Position numbers and translations under genes: made by a program
Sequence record: MK327936.1
Direction: 5' to 3' (one strand)
DNA: 64,000 nucleotides
Origin: Escherichia phage vB_EcoM_G2540
Notes under the pieces: model-generated
What the model saw: only the letters and a program-made list of their open reading frames with translations
What the model was told of the DNA's origin: nothing
Databases searched by the model: none
Shown here: in pieces, positions 1 through 9,049 of the stretch
Numbering within the stretch: position 1 is the first letter of the stretch
Layout: each line of letters opens with the position of its first letter

Positions 1-2178
1 TTAGGCCGCAAGGGCCTTCATAGTTTTAGCGATTTGGGAAACTTCATCATCACTTAAAGAGTTGCGATAACCGATGAAGTCGGAAACAATACGGAATTTC
101 TTGGTAAACTCAGCAACCATTTTATCACTGTTTTTTGAAGCATTATTTGATAATATATCAAAAAGATTAGTTACTGTCCAGATGTCATGACCGATGGTAT
201 CTTTTCCACCATTAAAATATACGCCGCGCAATGAACTAACTATATTAGCGAGTCGTGTATATTCTTCAGAAACTTCATCTGTACTGAAGTACTTCATCAT
301 AAAATCTAGTTCAGGATACTTGATAATTTTATCAATATATCGTTGAGCTGAACTTGAATAACCTACATACTTATCATAATCTACATCATCAAAAGCATCT
401 ACATATAAATCACGCAAAGCTTCAAAAATACATTGGCACTGACCGAGTTCTTTTACCTTTTTCTGCAAAAGCGGACGAATAACATAAAACTCATTAATGC
501 CAATAAGATTAGCCATACGAATCAAAATATTCATAGATGGATGACAAAGAGATGTAGTACCATCCATAGAGAAAATATCAGAACGATGCATATACGCTAC
601 ATACCCAGTAATTTCATCTGCTTCTGATGTGAGCGTAAATAATTCCTCTTTTTCCCAGCGCCCGTCTTTAATTTCAAACTTAAATGCTGTAGCAGCTTTA
701 GGACGAGGAGCTTTACTTTTAACTACCTTTGGAATATAGCTTTTAACTAAAGCTTCAATTTCTGACAAATAATGAATGTTAACTTCATCACTTTCAAACA
801 TCGCCATAATATCAGGAAGCAAATCAATCTGCGATTCTACTTCTGGATTAATAAACAGAAGGCGTTCGTTGTGATGAATATTCAAAGTGTTATTAAATTC
901 ACTATCATCTAACGCATGTGCTAATCCACGGACAATATTAACACGATTTTTAATATTATCAATAACGATATTAATTTTTGTTGCATTAATACCAAACAGA
1001 CGATAACTTGATGCAACGGCTGAAGTTTCATGACTTTGCTTAATGCGCTTCAGTCGAGGGTCAAGATTTACTTCATACACAACTCCTGCATTGCATAACT
1101 TACTGTCAGGTTCAAACATGCTCTGCATCTTTTTATATGACAGATTTTTAGTCGTAAATTTGACTGAATTACTAATCATATAATCTCGAGCAGAATACCC
1201 CATCTTCATCAATTCACGATATGTATGACGGGGAGATGTGGATTCTTTAAATCGTTTTACATCTTCATTAAATGCTTTCTCACTGAGTTCTTTAACTCGT
1301 TCAATAATATTTTTACGAGTACGATCATCCAGTGAAAGAGCCTCGCGAGATGGAGCAATATCAAGTGAACCCATTGGAAACTTAATGTAATTCACTTCAT
1401 TGCGAATGCTTAGCCAGTTACGGTCTCTAATAACACCATCGATAGGATAAACAATACCGCCATAGATAGCATATAATCCACCACGATCAGGCCAGTATCT
1501 TTCTGGATTTACACCGTAATAGTCATTAAAATCCGGAAAATAATCAATTTCGCGGTCAAGACCATTAATGATAGCCAAATCTTTGAATGGTCGCATGATA
1601 TAAGAAACTTCATAAGCAAAGTTTCTAAAGTCTTTTTCTTCAACTGGAACTACGATTTCAATACCAGTTTTATCATCTGGACCCATTTCTTTTACGAATG
1701 TAGGTTTAATCTGTGGACCATCACCATCCATGTAAGCTACATAACCACGAATTTCACCTTTATGATACGAAGTAATACTAAATGTATCAGTATAACTAAA
1801 CGGAGATTTAGAACCTAAACCAAACCCGCCAATAAAGTCATTAGATTCAGCCTTAGATGAACTGAAGTATGAATTATATAACCCAGGAGAATTATCATCA
1901 CCCTGAATATCAAAATCACTCATACCCGGACCAAAATCTCGACAAACAAATCGCGGATCTAATCGTCCTGGAACTTGTATGATAAATTTTTCAGGATTTC
2001 CATTAAGTGCATGGGCATCAATCATATTAGTAATTAATTCACGGACTACTGCACGAATCTTGTTTGTATACAAATCAGATGACAGAATTTTAAATACTTT
2101 AGGAGATGCTGTGATGCTAAATGCTTTTGATTTAGAACCATTGCCAAGAATTGTTTCTTTTTCAGTGGTGATAATCAT
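1..2178 (-). CDS. rIIA: rIIA protein, 725 aa
   Basis: 725-aa ORF ending at window position 1; length and N-terminus ([14 protein letters not shown]...) match recalled T4 rIIA. Confidence 0.85.
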   Translation of the reverse strand: MIITTEKETILGNGSKSKAFSITASPKVFKILSSDLYTNKIRAVVRELITNMIDAHALNGNPEKFIIQVPGRLDPRFVCRDFGPGMSDFDIQGDDNSPGLYNSYFSSSKAESNDFIGGFGLGSKSPFSYTDTFSITSYHKGEIRGYVAYMDGDGPQIKPTFVKEMGPDDKTGIEIVVPVEEKDFRNFAYEVSYIMRPFKDLAIINGLDREIDYFPDFNDYYGVNPERYWPDRGGLYAIYGGIVYPIDGVIRDRNWLSIRNEVNYIKFPMGSLDIAPSREALSLDDRTRKNIIERVKELSEKAFNEDVKRFKESTSPRHTYRELMKMGYSARDYMISNSVKFTTKNLSYKKMQSMFEPDSKLCNAGVVYEVNLDPRLKRIKQSHETSAVASSYRLFGINATKINIVIDNIKNRVNIVRGLAHALDDSEFNNTLNIHHNERLLFINPEVESQIDLLPDIMAMFESDEVNIHYLSEIEALVKSYIPKVVKSKAPRPKAATAFKFEIKDGRWEKEELFTLTSEADEITGYVAYMHRSDIFSMDGTTSLCHPSMNILIRMANLIGINEFYVIRPLLQKKVKELGQCQCIFEALRDLYVDAFDDVDYDKYVGYSSSAQRYIDKIIKYPELDFMMKYFSTDEVSEEYTRLANIVSSLRGVYFNGGKDTIGHDIWTVTNLFDILSNNASKNSDKMVAEFTKKFRIVSDFIGYRNSLSDDEVSQIAKTMKALAA

Positions 2179-2188
2179 AATTTCCTCA

Positions 2189-2392
2189 TTAATTCATATT
2201 ACGCTTAATAACTTCAGCAACTTCTAGTAATTCATCTTTAGTTGCAGTGTCGGATTGAATTTTATCTCTAATATCTTTAAAGCGGTTTTTAAATTCTTCG
2301 GCTTCTCCCATATCGAAAAAGCGTTGAATGATTCTATATTCTCGATGAACTGCTTTATCAAAAAGTTCTAAATTTACTTTATATGATTTCAT
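2189..2392 (-). CDS. small conserved protein downstream of rIIA (rIIA.1 position)
   Basis: 67-aa ORF in the rIIA.1 position by synteny. Confidence 0.55.
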   Translation of the reverse strand: MKSYKVNLELFDKAVHREYRIIQRFFDMGEAEEFKNRFKDIRDKIQSDTATKDELLEVAEVIKRNMN

Positions 2393-2417
2393 TTCAATAT
2401 CCTCATTTGCCCAATTA

Positions 2418-2447
2418 ATTATACCACATCCTTGTGGTAAAGTAAAC
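2418..2447 (-). promoter_or_regulatory. T4-type early promoter
   Basis: minus-strand -35 GTTTAC (plus gtaaac 2442-2447), 18-bp spacer, -10 TATAAT (plus attata 2418-2423) preceded by GTGG; upstream of rIIA.1/rIIA. Confidence 0.6.
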
Positions 2448-4267
2448 TACTGGCTCATCCATTCTTTACGAAGGTCAGCATTATCTCCCATGAGCATTTC
2501 AAAAAGCTCTTTCCAGTTCTCAGGAAGTTTAACAACATCATATACTGGATTTTGAATCATCTCACGATATTCAGATTTTTCCAAAGAGCCAAGTCCTTTA
2601 ATATAACGGATGCTATGTTTAGGTAGAGCATCTTTAGCACTCTCATATTCAGCGACTGTATAAAACCATTCTTGTTTTTTACCAATCTGTGCGATGATTA
2701 CAGGAGTTTTGACAAAGCGAATTCGTCCTTGCTCAAACAGTTCTGGCCAATTACTAAAAAATCCAAGCAGAGAAGGATAAATGCTTCCTAGACCATCATG
2801 GTCAGCATCAGTCATAATAGCAATATTATGATAATTCAAGTTTTCAGCTTTTTCACCGAGAACTAATCCAGTGATTGCGCAAATATCAAACAGTTCTTTG
2901 TTTTTAAGCATGTCAGCATATGACATACCCCAACTGTTGAGAACTTTACCACGTAATGGATAACCACCGTGAAGTTCTTTATCACGAACATCAATAAGAT
3001 ATCCGATAGCCGAATCACCCTCAGTCAAGAAAAGAGTAGTATCAGCATCTTTACCACAAAGATTCGCTTTAATATGTTTATGAACCTTAGCTTTAGAAGC
3101 CTTTTTAGCTGCTTTAGTTTCTGCTGCTTTTTCTGCCGCTAATTTACGAGCCAAAGCAGCTTCAATAATCGGCATTAGAATTGCTTCATTATTTAGAATA
3201 GCACGTGAAATCTTTTTAGCATCAAGTTGAATATGACTACGGATTTCACCAAATGGAGAAGTCAAACGCTCTTTAGTTTGAGAATCAAATCGCATGTTTT
3301 TCATATCACGGACAAACATAACGATAGTCAAACATTCTTTAACGCGTGCTTTAGTCACATCAATTTTGAACTTACGTTTGATTTGTGGAATAAGGTCTTC
3401 ACAAATATCATCCATAACACAGTCAATGTGATGGCCACCATTCTTAGTGTGAATGTTATTCACATAAGTTAATTGACGAAAACCATCCGGTGAACGACCA
3501 ACCGCAATAGAGCAATTTTCTTGTTCTTGAACGATAGCATGCTCATCATATTGGCGTGCATATTTCTTAAAATTGCCCTGAACCTTTTTACCATTAAAGG
3601 TAAATTGAATATCAGGATAAACTACTGCAAGTGTCTGGAGACGATCTAGTGTAATGTCAAGATAAACTTGGGACAGCTCATTAGTTTCAAATGACATAAA
3701 ATCAGGAATGAAAGTAACGCGAGTTCCTTTCCATTTTCCTGGAATAGTTTCCCATGATTTATTTTCCATGCCATTTGAACAACGAACTACAATATTATTT
3801 TGACCATCACCAGTTTCACCGACAAACATCACAGAAAAAATGTTTGTCAAACTAGAACCAACACCATTCATACCACCGGTGACGCGTTCTTTATCATCAC
3901 CGAAGTTACCACCTGCTTTTGGAATAGTCCAGGCAGCAACAGGACCAGGAATTTCTTCACCAGTAGGTGTTTTGACCATCGCTTGTGGAATACCGCGACC
4001 GTTATCTTCAACTGTTACTTGATTGTTTTTAATAGTAATATTAATTTTATTTGCGAATTTAAACTTAGTACGAATACCTTCATCTACTGAGTTATCGATA
4101 ATTTCATCAATAAGCTTAACAAGACCAGGTACATACTGAACACTTTCCCATTTACCAAACAGAAAGCGCTCATGCATTTCATTAGCAGAAGAGCCAATAT
4201 ACATGCCGCTACGCTTTTTGATATGTTCAATATCGCTCAGAATTTTAATTTCATTCTTAATCATCAC
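2447..4267 (-). CDS. 39: DNA topoisomerase II large subunit (GyrB-like ATPase), unsplit 606-aa form
   Basis: N-terminus MMIKNEIKILSDIEHIKKRSGMYIGS..., GHKL ATPase motifs (EDNGRGIP); single ORF covers what T4 splits into genes 39 and 60. Confidence 0.85.
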   Translation of the reverse strand: MMIKNEIKILSDIEHIKKRSGMYIGSSANEMHERFLFGKWESVQYVPGLVKLIDEIIDNSVDEGIRTKFKFANKINITIKNNQVTVEDNGRGIPQAMVKTPTGEEIPGPVAAWTIPKAGGNFGDDKERVTGGMNGVGSSLTNIFSVMFVGETGDGQNNIVVRCSNGMENKSWETIPGKWKGTRVTFIPDFMSFETNELSQVYLDITLDRLQTLAVVYPDIQFTFNGKKVQGNFKKYARQYDEHAIVQEQENCSIAVGRSPDGFRQLTYVNNIHTKNGGHHIDCVMDDICEDLIPQIKRKFKIDVTKARVKECLTIVMFVRDMKNMRFDSQTKERLTSPFGEIRSHIQLDAKKISRAILNNEAILMPIIEAALARKLAAEKAAETKAAKKASKAKVHKHIKANLCGKDADTTLFLTEGDSAIGYLIDVRDKELHGGYPLRGKVLNSWGMSYADMLKNKELFDICAITGLVLGEKAENLNYHNIAIMTDADHDGLGSIYPSLLGFFSNWPELFEQGRIRFVKTPVIIAQIGKKQEWFYTVAEYESAKDALPKHSIRYIKGLGSLEKSEYREMIQNPVYDVVKLPENWKELFEMLMGDNADLRKEWMSQ

Positions 4268-4316
4268 TTATCCTCGTTTGGTTTCGGGAATATTATACTC
4301 CGGTAATCATAAAGCT

Positions 4317-4334
4317 AAAGGCCCGAAGGCCTTT
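4317..4334 (-). terminator. intrinsic terminator hairpin
   Basis: aaaggcc-cgaa-ggccttt stem-loop (UUCG tetraloop on the transcript) immediately 3' of the 4334..4603 ORF. Confidence 0.5.
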
Positions 4335-4603
4335 TATTTAAAACGAATAGTCGAATCCTTGAAGAATAGTCCAGAACATACTGTTCCTTCTACTTTCTGC
4401 CCAGTAGGTCCAATAGCACGAAATCCAGTATGCTGGAAATCATTTTCAGAGCAACCGAACCAATTATATCCAGTGATTTCAATATTAGTAAAACCACTTG
4501 AAGACAAAACTTTGGTTGCATTATCAGCATCAGTACATCCTATTAAAGACACTGCTAATACTAATGCTGCGATAGAACGATTAATATATTTCATAATTTT
4601 CAC
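4334..4603 (-). CDS. putative lipoprotein, 89 aa
   Basis: signal peptide with lipobox-like LIGC motif (MKIMKYINRSIAALVLAVSLIGC). Confidence 0.5.
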   Translation of the reverse strand: MKIMKYINRSIAALVLAVSLIGCTDADNATKVLSSSGFTNIEITGYNWFGCSENDFQHTGFRAIGPTGQKVEGTVCSGLFFKDSTIRFK

Positions 4604-4971
4604 TTAAATTTAATGGCTTGAAGAAGACTAATAATTCTCAAGCGACTTCCTTCATCTTTAACTGTAAAAGAAAGAGGGTCACCAGATTTCATAGTGATAG
4701 TGCATTCAAAAGCAAAACCTTCGGGAACTTCTTCGAAGAAGTCAAATTCTTCATCATAAATTAGAACATTACTCTGAAAACTGTGAAGAATTTTTCCGTC
4801 ATTTCCAGATGCTGTACTAATCATTGTAACATTATTACCTTTCATATCTTCAACGATAAATTCGCTTGTAGATATTACAGCATTAATAGAACCATTCCTA
4901 TAAATAGCAGAAAATAGATATTTCTTTTCTTCACCTTCGCGAATGCGATATTTCTTACCGATTTTAAACAT
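4600..4971 (-). CDS. hypothetical protein, 123 aa
   Basis: ORF tightly packed with neighbours (start overlaps stop of upstream ORF). Confidence 0.45.
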   Translation of the reverse strand: MFKIGKKYRIREGEEKKYLFSAIYRNGSINAVISTSEFIVEDMKGNNVTMISTASGNDGKILHSFQSNVLIYDEEFDFFEEVPEGFAFECTITMKSGDPLSFTVKDEGSRLRIISLLQAIKFK

Positions 4972-4973
4972 AA

Positions 4974-5150
4974 TTACCCTTTAAGTAAGTCGTAAAATCC
5001 GCCATTCACATGCTTAGGGGCAGAGACTAACCGAATAGCAATCCGATGACAATCAGGACATACATCAGTATCTCTTTCAGAAATTTTCTTGATTTTTTCG
5101 TATTCTTTTGCGCAGTCTTTTGATTGACATTTATAATCATAAAGCGGCAT
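4974..5150 (-). CDS. small zinc-ribbon protein, 58 aa (below the ORF-track size cut-off)
   Basis: hand translation MPLYDYKCQSKDCAKEYEKIKKISERDTDVCPDCHRIAIRLVSAPKHVNGGFYDLLKG; two CxxC pairs; fills the gap between flanking ORFs. Confidence 0.45.
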   Translation of the reverse strand: MPLYDYKCQSKDCAKEYEKIKKISERDTDVCPDCHRIAIRLVSAPKHVNGGFYDLLKG

Positions 5151-5152
5151 AA

Positions 5153-5566
5153 TTATTCCTTAAAGTGAGCTTTCAACATCTGATACAAGGACCATGCCTG
5201 TTCATCATTTTCAATAGTAACTTTCATTACAGGGAATTTAGATTGATCAGTTATCGGTGCAGATTCTTCCTGCTCTTCAGCTGCCTGGTATGGATTTTCA
5301 ACTTCATTAAAGAATTCAGCTTCATTCGATGAAAGCCAAATAAAATCTTCATCCAAAATATCTTTACCAGAAGATAGTACTAAATTTCCAGCAAATGACA
5401 TAATTTTAATAGGACGCCCAAGAGCATCCACATCTAAAATTTTAAAAGGATGCATACCTAAACGGCGTGCATAGATTCCGTTATCAGTATGGTCTTTAAT
5501 AAAATTTTCTTGAGCTTGTTTATTTTTAAACTGATACCATTTATTAACTTCAAATTTAATAGCCAT
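5153..5566 (-). CDS. hypothetical protein, 137 aa (goF position by synteny)
   Basis: ORF in the position and approximate size of T4 goF; no motif recognised. Confidence 0.4.
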   Translation of the reverse strand: MAIKFEVNKWYQFKNKQAQENFIKDHTDNGIYARRLGMHPFKILDVDALGRPIKIMSFAGNLVLSSGKDILDEDFIWLSSNEAEFFNEVENPYQAAEEQEESAPITDQSKFPVMKVTIENDEQAWSLYQMLKAHFKE

Positions 5567-5781
5567 TAATAAATTTCCTTCCAGTAAGTTGTACCATCTT
5601 CAGTGATTTCACGAAATACACCGTAAATTGGTTGTTTATCCCCAACCTTTTCATACACATAAACCGAAGTCAAGTGAGTAAACTTAGCAGTGTGTTCCTT
5701 TTGAACTACTACCAAATCTGGATCGAATAACACATCTTCAAATTCGTCATTAGTGCAGTTCTGAACAATTTTACGTTTCAT
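5566..5781 (-). CDS. hypothetical protein, 71 aa (cef position by synteny)
   Basis: 71-aa ORF, size and position consistent with T4 cef; sequence identity not verified. Confidence 0.35.
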   Translation of the reverse strand: MKRKIVQNCTNDEFEDVLFDPDLVVVQKEHTAKFTHLTSVYVYEKVGDKQPIYGVFREITEDGTTYWKEIY

Positions 5782-5953
5782 TACAATTTCCTCGTTAATT
5801 GAACATTGGAGCGATGCGTTTCAGAAGAGTAGCAGCACCTTTGGCAAATTTTCCATTTTATTCTCCAAATTATTTTCTATATCAGTAGTTGATATTGATA
5901 TAGTACCATAATCAACTACTGATGTATATAGTTTTATGAAAAAATTTTAAACT

Positions 5954-6445
5954 TTATGCATAGCGAGCTTTGCTGTAGTGTTTAATCCAACTTTCAGGAA
6001 TGACTTTGTATGTTCCTAAAAATACCGCGTTGTATAACTTAACGCCATCTTCTACCCATTGATCAGTAATGTATGCACACATAGCGCGAGTACGCTGAGG
6101 AAGTGGTTGTCCACCTTCGGTAAATTCAAACTCATAAGGAGCAATGAACTTGATAGCTTGACCAAGTTTCCACTTAAAGTCTACACCTACATGCGAAGTA
6201 TCAATCGTTTCAATTCCTTTAGCAGGAACAGCTTTCAAAAACGCAGGCTCAAGAAATTTCCATCGAACATAACCAAACTGGGGCTTAGACATTCCATCTT
6301 TAGCAATGATACGTACTTTTACTTCAGAATCTTCATCTTTAACACCATGTTTAAGCTGAATGCTTACAACTTCGACCAATTTTCCTGCTGCTTTAGAACG
6401 GGATTTATCAGATACACGAGCAATTTCACCGATATTAATATTCAT
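5954..6445 (-). CDS. motB: MotB-like protein, 163 aa
   Basis: size (T4 MotB 162 aa) and position; a frameshifted paralogue with a similar C-terminus lies immediately upstream. Confidence 0.5.
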   Translation of the reverse strand: MNINIGEIARVSDKSRSKAAGKLVEVVSIQLKHGVKDEDSEVKVRIIAKDGMSKPQFGYVRWKFLEPAFLKAVPAKGIETIDTSHVGVDFKWKLGQAIKFIAPYEFEFTEGGQPLPQRTRAMCAYITDQWVEDGVKLYNAVFLGTYKVIPESWIKHYSKARYA

Positions 6446-6489
6446 AATTATCTCTCACTTGTTAAAAAGATTTTATACTCCACAGGACC

Positions 6490-6519
6490 ATTATACTCTG
6501 GTCCCAAGAGTTTGTAAAC
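6490..6519 (-). promoter_or_regulatory. T4-type early promoter
   Basis: plus gtaaac 6514-6519 (-35 GTTTAC), 18-bp spacer, plus attata 6490-6495 (-10 TATAAT); upstream of motB. Confidence 0.5.
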
Positions 6520-7066
6520 TAGCTTAAACGAACATTAATCACTGCGCTACGAGGAACTACAGAGTATTCTCCAGCATGAACTACGTTCAGAAGTTCAACG
6601 CCATCTTCAATCCACTGGTCTGTTACCCAACCACAGATAGGATTATCAAAAGGACGACGGATAGACACAGCAGCACACAACAGGTCTGTAGGGTCTTGTT
6701 CTTCAACTTCTTGGAACAGGATGAACTCATCTTCATAAACCAGGTTTTCTTTATTTTGTTATTATCTAACCGGCGACCGTGGATGACGTAAGATTTGTCA
6801 AACCACTCACTTTTGGCAAATTCTTCAACAATAAATTCGCCTTCGCCAAAAACATCAGTCAGAGTTTTATGACCAGAAATCAAGGCATTAGTTTTAATTT
6901 TAGGTTCAACCAGTTTGTAGGTTTTGCCGATTTCAATAGCGGTAGTCATAATAGGTTCCTTAATTTCCAGTGGTTTAACAGGGCATACATAAGTGCTTAC
7001 AACATCAAAATCAATCAGTTTAGCTACCGGATTTGGTATGTATTCAGGATTATAATTAAATTTCAT
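6519..7066 (-). pseudogene. motB-family paralogue interrupted by a frameshift
   Basis: N-terminal frame (6623..7066) runs into a junk tail; a second frame (6519..6758) with no Met encodes ...CGWVTDQWIEDGVELLNVVHAGEYSVVPRSAVINVRLS, matching the MotB C-terminus; frames switch in an A/T-rich tract near 6745-6775. Confidence 0.5.
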
Positions 7067-7068
7067 AA

Positions 7069-7569
7069 TTATCTCATTTCAATAAAATCTACGAGTTCAG
7101 CATGCGATTTGCGGAACATTACTTGGTGCCCACCAATGATAACTTCATCTTCAGGAACTTCGTATACAGCGAGATAAAATCCTTTAGAAGATAATTCTTC
7201 CCGCTCTTCTCGTGTGAACCATCTCATCATATCATATTCACTAGCGAAAGCAAAATGATAAAGACCTATAAACCATCCTGGAATATGATATTCTACTCCA
7301 ACATAATCTTTCTTGAACTTAGTATTAATTACTATATTAGCGTTTTTAACTAATAGTTTATCTTCGTGTGGTAAAGGAATTCTTTTATTATTATCGCTAT
7401 GATGCATAAAATTAGGTCTGTCATAACCTACGTGTAATAGCCACTCTTCGCTCCATGAATCTATTATACTCCTGTACGGCGTTATTTGAACACAAAGATT
7501 TCGACGTATTGTTATAGCATCTTCATAATCAAGAATACTAAACGATGATTCAACACGATAAATTTTCAT
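7069..7569 (-). CDS. hypothetical protein (~166 aa from internal Met)
   Basis: ORF 7069..7608; start placed at MKIYRVESS (GAGGA Shine-Dalgarno upstream) because the ORF-track start overlaps the promoter. Confidence 0.45.
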   Translation of the reverse strand: MKIYRVESSFSILDYEDAITIRRNLCVQITPYRSIIDSWSEEWLLHVGYDRPNFMHHSDNNKRIPLPHEDKLLVKNANIVINTKFKKDYVGVEYHIPGWFIGLYHFAFASEYDMMRWFTREEREELSSKGFYLAVYEVPEDEVIIGGHQVMFRKSHAELVDFIEMR

Positions 7570-7596
7570 TTTATTATCCTCAGTAGCTATGGTGTT

Positions 7597-7626
7597 ATAA
7601 TACCACAACTAACCGAGGAAGTAAAC
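7597..7626 (-). promoter_or_regulatory. T4-type early promoter
   Basis: plus gtaaac 7621-7626, 18-bp spacer, plus ataata 7597-7602 with GTGG context. Confidence 0.5.
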
Positions 7627-7632
7627 AACTTT

Positions 7633-8316
7633 TTATCGTTTTGTTGTAAGAGATAGAGGATCGCAATCTTCCTCTGACGGAGCATCTTCAAGACCCATAG
7701 CATATCGCAAAGCATACTTCATCATCAGAATATCTTTCGCACAGTCATGAATAGAATCATGCGCAACGAATCCATCTAAAGTTCCTTTTGGAAGAGGACA
7801 CGTGGTCATATCACGAACAAGCAGAAGTGCTTCAATTCTGGTACGAATATCACGCTGATTCCAGAATTTACATGGTTCTAACTTAAATGTGTCAAGCTCA
7901 TTCTCAGAAACACCATTAAGACGTTGAATATCACGAATGAGATCGACTAAAATTGGAAAATCAAACGACATTCCACGGCACCAGCCTTGAGATTTCCAAG
8001 GATCGATATTATGTGCATTGATGTAATCATTAAATTTTGCAATACCATCGATGGTGCTTACATCTTCATCTGATGGTGCAATATTTTTTCGAGCTTCAGG
8101 AGACTGATTTTTCCACCATTCGATAGTGCTTTTAGTAAAAAGACGATGTCCTTTTTGGCTTTTTAAATCAAATTTGATTTTAATGCCGCGTGAAACTAAT
8201 TCATCAAATGTTTCAACTACTTCTGGGTTAGGGTCAAAAGCAATTACAGCTAAATCAATAACAGCTGCTTTTTCACCACTTCCCATTGTTTCAAAATCTA
8301 TAATAAAATCAAACAT
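7633..8316 (-). CDS. dexA: exonuclease A (DEDD 3'-5' exonuclease), 227 aa
   Basis: 227 aa as in T4 DexA; N-terminal acidic exonuclease motif (FDFIIDFETMG); synteny upstream of dda. Confidence 0.75.
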   Translation of the reverse strand: MFDFIIDFETMGSGEKAAVIDLAVIAFDPNPEVVETFDELVSRGIKIKFDLKSQKGHRLFTKSTIEWWKNQSPEARKNIAPSDEDVSTIDGIAKFNDYINAHNIDPWKSQGWCRGMSFDFPILVDLIRDIQRLNGVSENELDTFKLEPCKFWNQRDIRTRIEALLLVRDMTTCPLPKGTLDGFVAHDSIHDCAKDILMMKYALRYAMGLEDAPSEEDCDPLSLTTKR

Positions 8317-8591
8317 TAAATTTTCCTTGCTAAATCGCGAATTTGACCTACAGTATAGTCTTGAATATAAACTTTATTAATAGGTTCATCAATAAATTTT
8401 GCCATAGATTCAATATCTTTTTGCATCTCTTCAAGACTGTATATTATCTTTAAAGCTTTTTCGCGAATAGTAATATTTTCAGGACCAGAATTTTTCTCAA
8501 TGACAGCTTTAACATTTGTCATAAGAGATTTAAACTGACACCAACTTAATTCAATCATTAATAACCGCCTTATAAAGATGGCTAATTTCAC
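8316..8591 (-). CDS. small hypothetical protein (start uncertain)
   Basis: one of three small tandem ORFs between dexA and dda; C-terminus resembles the next ORF. Confidence 0.35.
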   Translation of the reverse strand: MKLAIFIRRLLMIELSWCQFKSLMTNVKAVIEKNSGPENITIREKALKIIYSLEEMQKDIESMAKFIDEPINKVYIQDYTVGQIRDLARKI

Positions 8592-8811
8592 CTAAAATGT
8601 AATCACTGATTGTAACAGTTTTTACTTCACCACAAAAGAATTCTAACGCAATCAAATCTCGTTCAATTTCTTCCAATTGAAGCATTAACTTGCCTGATTC
8701 AATTTTCACGTTTTTGCGATTTTTACTATAAGCTATTTCATAAATTTCGCTAACTTTATCCTGAAGAAGATAAAACTGATCTTTAGTTATTTCCACGAAT
8801 AGCTTCCTCAA
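8551..8811 (-). CDS. small hypothetical protein (start uncertain)
   Basis: C-terminal motif ...ISDYILGEI resembles ...IQDYTVGQI of the downstream ORF. Confidence 0.35.
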   Translation of the reverse strand: MRKLFVEITKDQFYLLQDKVSEIYEIAYSKNRKNVKIESGKLMLQLEEIERDLIALEFFCGEVKTVTISDYILGEISHLYKAVIND

Positions 8812-9043
8812 ATTTAATTAGTAATTTACAGACACTTTCATCTAGTGTAATTACCGTATCTGTATTACTGTGATATGATTGTTTTTCAATTCGTTTAATT
8901 GCTAATATAGTATCACTTATAAGATAAAGCTTATGAAGGAGCTCAGCTCCTGTTACCATAACATTAAGATTATCTTGCTTATTAGTATGCTTCCTTATAC
9001 CATCTATTAGACGATTTAAATATTTTGAATTGATGTTAATCAT
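8783..9043 (-). CDS. small hypothetical protein
   Basis: 86-aa ORF in tandem array. Confidence 0.35.
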   Translation of the reverse strand: MININSKYLNRLIDGIRKHTNKQDNLNVMVTGAELLHKLYLISDTILAIKRIEKQSYHSNTDTVITLDESVCKLLIKFEEAIRGNN

Positions 9044-9049
9044 ATAGCC

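Noticed and set aside
433-627. Plus-strand ORFs of 60-150 aa lying inside long minus-strand genes (for example 433..627, 3227..3472, 9758..9982, 20148..20378, 27304..27510, 31740..32156, 34866..35249)
   Set aside because: They sit wholly within well-supported genes on the other strand, lack ribosome-binding sites and have low-complexity or stop-codon-mirror composition; treated as shadow ORFs.
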